Shown here piece after piece: positions 1 through 8,232 of a stretch of 64,000 nucleotides of DNA. A program made the position numbers and the translations under genes. The notes under the pieces were generated by a model, which ran no database searches, was not told where the DNA came from, and saw only the letters and a list, made by a program, of their open reading frames with translations. The stretch is from Vulcanimicrobiaceae bacterium (lineage in GTDB: Bacteria > Verrucomicrobiota > Verrucomicrobiia > Limisphaerales > Palsa-1400): the NCBI GenBank assembly GCA_035511075.1, contig DATKFW010000108.1, positions 66,085 to 130,084 of the forward strand, read 5' to 3'. Every line of letters begins with the position of its first letter. Position 1 is the first letter of the stretch.

Positions 1-488
1 TGATCGCGCGCGTTCACGGGAGTGTAACCGAACCCGAACTTTATGCCCCATTGACCCCAGCTATCATGGGCGAGGTCACGGACATAATTGAAATCGTAGC
101 CCAGGTTTGGATTCTGATTGTCGCGCTCGGTAGCACCGGAAAGACCGCCATCGGCATGCATCAGGACGTCGCCGCCGTTGAGTTGCGAAGCGTGCTGGTA
201 ACCCCAATTCCAGGTTTGGCCGCCCAAATTACCGCTGCTATCCACATTGACGTAGCCGTCGTTGTATAGGTGGTTGAGGGCGAGACCGGCGCCCGGGCCG
301 GGCGGCAACCCCACGCCGCCGCCGGCTGGCTCGGAGAATTTGGTGGAAATGTTGAAGGCCAGGCGAAGATTCAAACCGAAATGGTTCCAGTCGTTCTCGG
401 TGTCGTCCTGCGCGTGGACACGAAGCGGAACAACGACGATCACGGCGCCGAGGCCGATGAGGCGCAAGAGAGAAACGGGTGAATGCAT
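1..488 (-). CDS. Hypothetical secreted protein, N-terminal part (3' end runs off the left edge of the window)
   Basis: Absent from the supplied ORF track because it has no in-window stop. Reverse-strand ATG at 488-486. I read every reverse-frame codon down to position 3 and found no stop. Translation starts MHSPVSLLRLIGLGAVIVVVPLRVHAQDDTENDWNHFGLNLRLAFNISTKF..., a signal-peptide-like N-terminus followed by Gly/Asn/aromatic-rich sequence. It begins 16 nt after the stop of the 505..4164 gene on the same strand. Confidence 0.55.
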   Translation of the reverse strand, partial: MHSPVSLLRLIGLGAVIVVVPLRVHAQDDTENDWNHFGLNLRLAFNISTKFSEPAGGGVGLPPGPGAGLALNHLYNDGYVNVDSSGNLGGQTWNWGYQHASQLNGGDVLMHADGGLSGATERDNQNPNLGYDFNYVRDLAHDSWGQWGIKFGFGYTPVNARD

Positions 489-504
489 GGTGTGCTGGGT
501 GTCG

Positions 505-3500
505 TTAGTTTGTTTGCACGATGCGGTAGAATCGCTGGCCGGGACTGCCGGGCAGGCTTTCGGTCACTGGCGGTCCGGCGTCGACCCAGACGGTGCGTGT
601 ATTTTTCGCAACGATCGGTGGGGCAGCCGCAAGCCACGTTTGCATATCGCTGCTGTACTCCACGACGTAGGTGTGGCCCGGAACGCTGGCAAATTCGATG
701 GTCAACTGCCCCTCGCTCAGGAACGGGTTCCTGTCCAATTGCAGCATCGTGCCTGTCGGGGTCGGAACGACCACGGCAGCGACAATGGTCACGACAAAGT
801 TGGTCGGAAGAAACGGCTGGCGTGTGCTCTCGTAGTATTCAAGCAGGAAGACGACGTTGCCGCCGGGGGGGACGGGTTGATCATATTCGACATAGGGGAC
901 GCCGTCGGAGGATCCGCTGGCGTTGTAAAGCTGGACACCCGACGGCAAATCCAGCACGGAAACACGGACGGCCGACGCGGCGACGCCGCTGAGGTTTGTG
1001 ACCGTATTGGTTTGCTGGAAAAGGCCGGTCTGCGGATTGAAAATATTGGGGCCGTAGTTGTCTGACAAGTTGGTCAACGTCAATGCAGTCACCGCGGTGA
1101 CAACGCTGGCGGTGTTGTTGGCCAGATTAGTATCCGTCACGGAAGGCACCGACGGTAAAATGGAAACGGTGGCGGTGTTGGTAAGTTCGCCAGTCAACAA
1201 TGGCTGGACAACGATGGTCGCGGAAGCGGTTCCCTCGTCGTTCAGGGCGCCAATAGTCCATTGCAGGCCAGCCGGGGTGGAAGAGTAAGTGCCTTGGCTG
1301 AGGGTGACGCTGCTGAAGGTCACATTGGCCGGGAAGCTATCAGTCAGGACGACGCCGGGGGCGTTTGTCGGACCCAGATTGGAGACATTGAGGGCATATG
1401 TGAGCTGATTGCTGACCAGCACCGGGTTGGGCGCGCCAGACATCGTCAGACTTAGATCGGCGTAGAGCGGCACCAGAGGGGCGATGGCAGGGTTAATGAC
1501 TGTGGCGGAATGATTCGTGCCGGAGGGATTAACGTCAGGCGTCTCGCTGGTGACGGTGACGACGTTGGTCAGGATGCCCGCCGCTGTCGGCGAGACAGTA
1601 ATCAGGAGAACGACGGCCGAGTCGGAACTGAAGTTGGTGGTCGTGGTTGTGACGACGCCATTGCTCAGGGTAGGCTCGGTAAATGTTCCGGCAGAGTTAT
1701 TGGTGATGGAGGCGTAGAGAAAGGTGACATTAGGCGGAAGCGTGTCCGCCAATACGACATCGGAGGCGCTGGCCGCGCTGTTGGTCAGGGTAATTGTGTA
1801 AACGAGGTTGCTGCCGACGTAGACGGGGCTGGGGTTACCGGTGGCCGAAACGACCAACTCGGTGGGCGGCTGGCCGAAGCCAAAATTGAGTTGGTTGGTC
1901 ATGTTGGACGACACCACAACCGATTTATTCTGGGCAGGGTAAGTAATGGAGCCGATGACGACGGGGCCGGCGGTGACGGTCCAGGTTCGATTGGAGCCGT
2001 TGGCGCCGAGGGGCGCCTGATGGAGGATATAGTAGCCATTGGTGTCGGTGTCGGTGGCTTCGCCAAAGGAACTGCCGATAAAGACGTTGGTCAAAGGCTG
2101 GCCGGTGATGGCATTGGTGACGTAGCCATCGATAGCGCCAAAGACGGTTTCCGGAGCGCCGAATTCAGTGCTGATGGTGGCGTCACAAAAGATGGTAAGG
2201 GTCTTGGACTGGGGGTTGTAGCCGGGGGCCGAGGCCTCAAGAGTGGTCTGGATAGGGGAGTTGTTGTTGCCAACCGTGATGTTAGTCAAGATGAAGTCAC
2301 CGTTGCTATCGGTCATGGTGGAGTAGTAGTATTGGCTGGAAACGGTGACGGTTGCGTTGGTAATGGGCTCCTGGGTGAGCGCATTGACGACGTTGCCGAT
2401 AATGGTGGCGCCCTGGCAAACCGGGATCATCTCGATATTAACTATATTGGTGATGCCGTTGGTAATGGTGGTATTGGTGGAAGTGGACCAATAGCCGGTG
2501 TCTTGCGCAGAAATATATTCAGAGGTGGGAACGTTGCCGGCGCCGAGTTGAAGAAGGCCGGTTGCATACTGGCCAGTGGGTCCGGTGACGTACTGGATGC
2601 CGGCCACGTACACATAAGCGCCGGGCACGGGCAGGCCGGTTGACGCGTTAAAGACCGTTCCATCCACGGCGCCATAGCCGACGCGGAGAAGATAAAAGTT
2701 CTGCGTTGAGGTCATTCCGGCAGTGACAACCACGTTGCTTTCAGACTCGAAATAATCGAGGGCAGAAGCGTAAACAGCCCAGGTTGTGCTTGAAGTTGGG
2801 GTAGTGCCGACAAGAACGTTGTTTATCAAATAAAGGCCGTTGGAATCTGTTTCCGCGGAACCATAGTAGGTCCCGACATCAGCATTGGTGATGACCAGGC
2901 CGGTTTGGAGATCATAAACGTGGCCGGTAATCGAACCGTAATAATTGGTGGGAGGAGGAGCCGGACAAGTGATCATGATCACTGGGGCGGTGACCTCCGT
3001 GTCGCAATTGCTAATCTCGACCTCGATATAGCCCGAGCAACTTCCCGGCGCAGTTACTTGAACGTAGGCGCTTATAGGGGTATTGTCCGTATTCAGGGTC
3101 ACATTGGAAACGGTGTAATTTCCATGGACGTCGGTGGTCCCGTAAAAATCGCCGGTTGTCTCGACGAGCACGGATGCGTTAGTTGCGGGCAGCCCAGTGC
3201 TGGTATAGACGGCGCTGCCCGTGACGGTCGAGGTACAAATGGGCACGGCCACCAGGTCCACGACGGAATTGCTATTGGCTTGAACGATAGTGTTGCTGTA
3301 AACGGTCCAATATCCTGCGGGGGAGGTTCGAACTTCATAGTCGGCCGCGCCATTGTCCTGAGCCAAACCAAGCGAAGTGAATTGAAATGCCCCGTTGGTA
3401 TCTGTCGTTGCATAATAGGTATACTGGTACGTTGCCGTAATGAGCACGCCGGACAATGGCTGGCCTTCTTGAGAAGTGAGGATGCCGCTGATGGTTCCCT

Positions 3501-4164
3501 CCTCTTCGAGAAGGATCGACACGTTGACGGTATTGGTGGCATCGCAGACGGCGTAGGCGTAGTCGGTGGACTCATAGTAATTGGTTTGCTCGGCTGTGAC
3601 GCCGTAATACGCGGGCTGATTATCAGAGCCCGACAGAGCAAGGTTGGTGATCAGATACTGACCGCTGGCATTGGCGGTGGCGTAATTGTTACCGGCATTG
3701 ACTGTGGCATAGGGGACAGGCAGTCCGGTCGTGGCGTCGGTAATGGTGCCTTGAAACGCGCCATAACAGAGAGGCAGAAGTCCAAAGCTAACGGACACGC
3801 TGCTGGTGGCGTAATTGGTAATGCCTCCGCCCGTGGCAACGAGGCCCAGGGTAAAGGACCCTGTGGCGGCATTGGTGGTAGCGTTGAGGGTAAGCAGCGA
3901 AGTTCCAGGCGGGCTGGTGATGGTTTGGGGCGAAAAAGTCGCCGTGACGCCCGAGGGTAAGTTAGAAATCGACAGAGTGACCTGGTTGGTGAATCCGTCA
4001 AAAGGAGTTACCGTCACGACGAAAGACGAGGATTGGCCGGGGACGAGGGTCAGTGAACTTGGCTGAATGGAGAAGGTGAAATCCTGCGCGGTGGCCACCT
4101 GGATGAAAGCCGCAGCCAGGAGAAAAATAAATAGACCAGCCTTTTTTAGACGCAATATATTCAT
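505..4164 (-). CDS. Very large secreted repeat/adhesin-like protein (CarboxypepD_reg-like beta-sandwich repeats, DUF11-type repeats, C-terminal FYR-ending module)
   Basis: ORF 505..4278. The internal ATG at 4164 gives the signal peptide MNILRLKKAGLFIFLLAAAFIQVATAQ. Repeated G-x-[VI]-x-[DN]-x-x-T-G-x-P pattern: GTITDATTGLPVPYATVNA, GHVYDLQTGLVITNADVG, GTVFNASTGLPVPGAYVYV, GNVVNALTQEPITNATVTV, GYVTNAITGQPLTNVFIG. DUF11-like repeats follow: LVYTITLTNSAASASDVVLADTLPPNVTF and LTYALNVSNLGPTNAPGVVLTDSFPANVTF. Confidence 0.8.
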   Translation of the reverse strand: MNILRLKKAGLFIFLLAAAFIQVATAQDFTFSIQPSSLTLVPGQSSSFVVTVTPFDGFTNQVTLSISNLPSGVTATFSPQTITSPPGTSLLTLNATTNAATGSFTLGLVATGGGITNYATSSVSVSFGLLPLCYGAFQGTITDATTGLPVPYATVNAGNNYATANASGQYLITNLALSGSDNQPAYYGVTAEQTNYYESTDYAYAVCDATNTVNVSILLEEEGTISGILTSQEGQPLSGVLITATYQYTYYATTDTNGAFQFTSLGLAQDNGAADYEVRTSPAGYWTVYSNTIVQANSNSVVDLVAVPICTSTVTGSAVYTSTGLPATNASVLVETTGDFYGTTDVHGNYTVSNVTLNTDNTPISAYVQVTAPGSCSGYIEVEISNCDTEVTAPVIMITCPAPPPTNYYGSITGHVYDLQTGLVITNADVGTYYGSAETDSNGLYLINNVLVGTTPTSSTTWAVYASALDYFESESNVVVTAGMTSTQNFYLLRVGYGAVDGTVFNASTGLPVPGAYVYVAGIQYVTGPTGQYATGLLQLGAGNVPTSEYISAQDTGYWSTSTNTTITNGITNIVNIEMIPVCQGATIIGNVVNALTQEPITNATVTVSSQYYYSTMTDSNGDFILTNITVGNNNSPIQTTLEASAPGYNPQSKTLTIFCDATISTEFGAPETVFGAIDGYVTNAITGQPLTNVFIGSSFGEATDTDTNGYYILHQAPLGANGSNRTWTVTAGPVVIGSITYPAQNKSVVVSSNMTNQLNFGFGQPPTELVVSATGNPSPVYVGSNLVYTITLTNSAASASDVVLADTLPPNVTFLYASITNNSAGTFTEPTLSNGVVTTTTTNFSSDSAVVLLITVSPTAAGILTNVVTVTSETPDVNPSGTNHSATVINPAIAPLVPLYADLSLTMSGAPNPVLVSNQLTYALNVSNLGPTNAPGVVLTDSFPANVTFSSVTLSQGTYSSTPAGLQWTIGALNDEGTASATIVVQPLLTGELTNTATVSILPSVPSVTDTNLANNTASVVTAVTALTLTNLSDNYGPNIFNPQTGLFQQTNTVTNLSGVAASAVRVSVLDLPSGVQLYNASGSSDGVPYVEYDQPVPPGGNVVFLLEYYESTRQPFLPTNFVVTIVAAVVVPTPTGTMLQLDRNPFLSEGQLTIEFASVPGHTYVVEYSSDMQTWLAAAPPIVAKNTRTVWVDAGPPVTESLPGSPGQRFYRIVQTN

Positions 4165-4289
4165 GCCGCTAATAGGTTTCCATTCCGCTATGGGAAAAGC
4201 TGAGGGGGATTTTGGGGAACTTCGGGGGTTTTGCAAGCTATTTCTTTGACAAACCGGATTTTTGACAGAGCGACCCATATAAATTCAAC

Positions 4290-7200
4290 CTATGGCTGCA
4301 ACGCCAGACGGAAGAAGGCGGTTGTATTAGTGGCACTGATATTCAATGATTGCAAATTGGCGATCGGTTCCGCAGGAATGTTGGTGAAGTCGGCCCAACC
4401 GGATGTCAAGTTGGCGCTGCTTTGAAGCACGTAGTTGGTGTAGTACGCCGGCCAGGAGACCGTGCCGTACGGGGGATAGTATGACCCGAATTCCACAACC
4501 CCCGGATTCACCTGAATATTGAGTTGCGGGGGCTGATAACGCAGCACCAGGACACTAGTCTCGGCGCTGTTGGTCAAACCGTCGCTATCGGTCGCGGTCG
4601 CGGTGATTGTGTGGTAGCCTTCGCTAAGAACGCTGGCGGCGAAGTTTACGATGGCGCCAGCGCCCAGCGACCCGTCACGGCTGGAATACCATTGTACGTT
4701 AGTGCCAGTGAGGGGGCCGTCCTGCATGTCGGTGGCAGTGGCGTCCAGAAACACTTGTTGATCACCAATGAAAAGAGATCCGGTCATCGGGGTATTGATG
4801 GTCACGATGGGAGCATGTGGTTGGATGGTGAAGGTGGCGGAGGATTGGGCGGAACTTGTGTTAAAACCGTCGCTTGCAATCACGCGTATAAGACCCTCGG
4901 TGGTCGTCTCCAATTGGGAGCTATTGATCCCCAGGGTTGGCCCAGGCCAATCGACCGCGAGGGTGTCCCAGCTCGCGCCGTCATCCGGGCTGAATTGAAC
5001 AGTGTAGGTCAGCGTATCTCCGTCCGAATCGCTCCCGTTCCAGGCGACATCGATGGTGCCGCTTGAGAAGGTTTGGCCGCCGTTGGGCGCTGTGAGCGTG
5101 ACAGTTGGCGCGGTGGGGCTGGCGGTTAGTGTGGTGAGCATCGCGCCATTGCCCCAAAGCACCAGCGTGTGGATGGAAGGATTATTTGTCACTGCCACAA
5201 AGAAATCGGCAGTCAGGTTGGTGCTAGTCCCTTCGCCGACGCTGGGTTGAAGGGCGAACTGATTGGTCTCCAAGACGGCGCCTGTCCCGTCGAGCGCCTG
5301 GAGGAGGAAGGTGGTGCCCGGCGATTCCGCCGGCGGAGCGTTGCTCGTTGTCAATGGCAGGCACGGGAGGAATTGGGCGGTCCCGGAGTTGAAGTCCACG
5401 GTGCCGCGCACAATGAGATAATTTTCGCCGTCGCCCTGCGGCACCGGGCGCTGGGGACCAGGGGGTTTGCGAGTTCGAGATCTACGGGTTTGCTTGCTTC
5501 TTGCCATCAACCCGGCGGCCTCTCGCAGCGCCGGATTCGGCACGCCGAACGTGGAGTTGATGCTGCCGATCAACGACGTGTAGGTGAAGGAGGAGGGCCA
5601 GAGGTCCTCCGGGCCGCCGTTGCGGCAATAGCTCATCAAATCGTAGTAACAATTGGTGTCCTGGTATTCGATTTCGATGGGAGACACAACCGGTGAAATC
5701 GAGTTGTTCGGCACGGTGAAAGCATCCAGGCCGAAGATGAACGAGTTGTCGCCGGCGCCGCTGGTGGGCAGGAGACCCAAGGCGGGCCTCATACCAGGGG
5801 CGGGGTAGTCCGCGACGGGCTGGAACAACGGATAGACGGAGTTCGAAGGGCCAGTCTCAGTACAAGCGCCAAGGGCGAAAAGTTTGGGGCCGAAGATCGC
5901 ATCCGGGACGAGGATCGTGCCGAAAAGGTTGGAGCTGACGTCATGATGGTTTCCCAGGTTGTGGCTTAGCTCATGCGAAACGCTCTGCCGTCCCTGGCCG
6001 TAGGTGCCGACCACTGTTGCGCAAGAAACAAAGCTGGGAAAGGGAAGGGCTGCAAGGCCGTCGATATTGGTTGGCTGGCCTTTGGCATTGACTCCAGGGT
6101 CGGCTTGAATGGCGCCATGGTAAATCCGGTTCCCAACGACCGCCGCCCCTGGACCTTGATTGGCAATGTCCTCGGCGCGCTGGTGGTAGAGCTTTGAATT
6201 GACCATGCTCACAAACGAATTGGGGTTAACGCCGAAATCCGGCGTTTGTAGACCCGAAAGGGCCAGTGTGGCAAAAGTCGCATCGACACTTGAAACGGGA
6301 AAGCAGGAGAGAACACGGTTGACCAGGTCATTGATACTGGCGCCCAGTTGGTGGGTCGTGCCGTCGAAATTAGTCCACTGGACGTCGAAGAACTTGACTT
6401 GCAGAACGCCGCCGGGAACAAAGGCAGCTTGCACCGAGCAATTGCTGGAAACCAGGTTGGCCGGTTGCAAACCGCCGGGCCAAGCCAACTGCAGGGTATT
6501 GGTGCCGGTCAACCATGCTGGGGGCAGGCGAAAGTTAAGGCTCTTGGAGAAGTTTTCGCGGATAAACGTATTTGAAGCGTTGGCCGTTCGGACATACAGC
6601 GAGGCGCCAGGATTGATCGGCGTGAGCGGGTCGCCGAGGGACACACCATTGGCCCCAATGCCATAAAGCAGGGCGCCGGTCAGCATGAGCGGAAGGTTTT
6701 CACTCGATGGTAATTGCATGTGGGCTCGCACATAGGTGTCCTTGCCTTGAATAAGCGGGATGGTGTTGCTCCAGTCCTGAATCACCTGGGTCACCTCCAA
6801 CGCAATCACTTTGACCACCGGCGCCACTCCCTCCCGGATATCGCCGTTGTCGGTGTCTCCGACGTAAACATTGCCATCGTCGTCCACCGCCACGCCAATG
6901 GGGGCGTCAAAGAGCGCGCCGCTTCCAGTGCCGTCGGCATCGCCCCCCTTTGGATACGGATAAATGAAATAGTTTTCAAAGGAAGGCTGGCCGCCAATGG
7001 TCGTGACCACTCCCTGGGGGGTGACCTTGCGAATCTCGCAGTCATAGGTATCGGTCACATAGACGTTGGTCAGGCTGTCCACCGCGACACCGTAAGGGAA
7101 AAAGAACCCGGCGCCTGCTCCCGTGCCATCCTGGCTTGGAAAAGCGATGCCATCGTAATAAGCGAAAATTTGGTCAATTGTGGGCGCGGAACCGGCCAGA

Positions 7201-7958
7201 GTCGAGATTGTTCCGTCCGGGGTGATCTTGCGAATCTCATTGTTGCCCGTATCGGCAACATACACGTTGGCCGCGGCATCGACCGCGACGCCCCAGGGAT
7301 CACTAAAGGTTGTGGTCCCGCCCAGGGTGGAGACTTGCCAGAAGTTGAGGTCCGCTGCCTTGGTCAATTTTCGGATGGCATCGTTATAGTAGTCGGCCAC
7401 GTAGAGGTTGTCCGAAGAGTCCACCGCCACGCCGCTGGGAAAATCAAATTGCGCCTGCAAGCCCGGGCCGTCCATGTAACCGCCGTTTGTTGTCATGGCG
7501 ACATCGCCGGCAATGGTAGTGACGGTTCCGGCCTGAGTCAGTTCGCGGATCAGGTTGTTGCCGGTGTCGGCGATAAAGAGATTGCCCGACGAGTCCAGCG
7601 CCACGCCGCGGGGCGCATTAAAGAGGGCGCTGGTGGGGGTGACAGAATCGCCATAACCGGAAACGCCAGGCTGTCCGGCCACGGTGGTGACCACCCAATT
7701 GGTTCCCCTGTGCGTCAATTTGCGGATGACGTGGTTGAAGGTGTCGGCCACAAAGACGTTGCCCGAGGTGTCCACCGCCAGACCTTCGGGATTACTAAAC
7801 TGGGCGCTGCCATTGGTCCCGTCGGCGAAGCCACCCAAACCATCAATTTCATATTCGCCGGCGATGGTGCTGAAAGTATAGGGAACGACGGTGGATTGGG
7901 CGGGACATTGAATGGCGACCAGCGCCAGGACCAGCAACAGAAAAGCGCATGTTTTCAC
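4290..7958 (-). CDS. Secreted NHL-repeat beta-propeller fused to a reprolysin/metzincin-like zinc metalloprotease, Ig-like domains and a C-terminal FFR-ending module
   Basis: Signal peptide MKTCAFLLLVLALVAIQCPAQS. Six NHL-type blades: GLAVDTSGNVFVADTFNHVIRKL, GVALDSSGNLFIADTGNNLIRELT, GVAVDSSDNLYVADYYNDAIRKLT, GVAVDAAANVYVADTGNNEIRKIT, GVAVDSLTNVYVTDTYDCEIRKVT, GVAVDDDGNVYVGDTDNGDIRE. HELSHNLGNHHD, encoded at 5940..5975, matches the HExxHxxGxxHD zinc-binding consensus. Confidence 0.8.
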   Translation of the reverse strand: MKTCAFLLLVLALVAIQCPAQSTVVPYTFSTIAGEYEIDGLGGFADGTNGSAQFSNPEGLAVDTSGNVFVADTFNHVIRKLTHRGTNWVVTTVAGQPGVSGYGDSVTPTSALFNAPRGVALDSSGNLFIADTGNNLIRELTQAGTVTTIAGDVAMTTNGGYMDGPGLQAQFDFPSGVAVDSSDNLYVADYYNDAIRKLTKAADLNFWQVSTLGGTTTFSDPWGVAVDAAANVYVADTGNNEIRKITPDGTISTLAGSAPTIDQIFAYYDGIAFPSQDGTGAGAGFFFPYGVAVDSLTNVYVTDTYDCEIRKVTPQGVVTTIGGQPSFENYFIYPYPKGGDADGTGSGALFDAPIGVAVDDDGNVYVGDTDNGDIREGVAPVVKVIALEVTQVIQDWSNTIPLIQGKDTYVRAHMQLPSSENLPLMLTGALLYGIGANGVSLGDPLTPINPGASLYVRTANASNTFIRENFSKSLNFRLPPAWLTGTNTLQLAWPGGLQPANLVSSNCSVQAAFVPGGVLQVKFFDVQWTNFDGTTHQLGASINDLVNRVLSCFPVSSVDATFATLALSGLQTPDFGVNPNSFVSMVNSKLYHQRAEDIANQGPGAAVVGNRIYHGAIQADPGVNAKGQPTNIDGLAALPFPSFVSCATVVGTYGQGRQSVSHELSHNLGNHHDVSSNLFGTILVPDAIFGPKLFALGACTETGPSNSVYPLFQPVADYPAPGMRPALGLLPTSGAGDNSFIFGLDAFTVPNNSISPVVSPIEIEYQDTNCYYDLMSYCRNGGPEDLWPSSFTYTSLIGSINSTFGVPNPALREAAGLMARSKQTRRSRTRKPPGPQRPVPQGDGENYLIVRGTVDFNSGTAQFLPCLPLTTSNAPPAESPGTTFLLQALDGTGAVLETNQFALQPSVGEGTSTNLTADFFVAVTNNPSIHTLVLWGNGAMLTTLTASPTAPTVTLTAPNGGQTFSSGTIDVAWNGSDSDGDTLTYTVQFSPDDGASWDTLAVDWPGPTLGINSSQLETTTEGLIRVIASDGFNTSSAQSSATFTIQPHAPIVTINTPMTGSLFIGDQQVFLDATATDMQDGPLTGTNVQWYSSRDGSLGAGAIVNFAASVLSEGYHTITATATDSDGLTNSAETSVLVLRYQPPQLNIQVNPGVVEFGSYYPPYGTVSWPAYYTNYVLQSSANLTSGWADFTNIPAEPIANLQSLNISATNTTAFFRLALQP

Positions 7959-8232
7959 AGGCGTGCGATTGTTCAGACAACGTTTGGTTAGCTACAGCTC
8001 ACCGGAGCGAAGCCGATCGGATTCGGCTCTCGGCCGCATCCTGTCCGCACCAAATAACCGGGACTTGAGTGGCAGAGCAGACGCGGGACTGTCAACCAGA
8101 TGAATTGACATGCCGCGAGTTGAGCACAACCAAGGGAGTGACGCCAGCCATTTCGCAAAGAATCGCATTTGATTGACATGGAAGCGGGACATTTGCTTGC
8201 GAGAGGTCGGCCCGAGGCGTATTTATTGCCAA

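Noticed and set aside
1510-3960. Plus-strand ORFs of 377 aa (1510..2643) and 351 aa (2905..3960)
   Set aside because: Antisense to the 1,200-aa repeat adhesin. The composition is low-complexity Gly/Arg/Asp/Val that mirrors the repeats on the other strand.
6714-7991. 425-aa plus-strand ORF
   Set aside because: Antisense to the NHL propeller region. Its periodic sequence is the complement of the NHL repeats.
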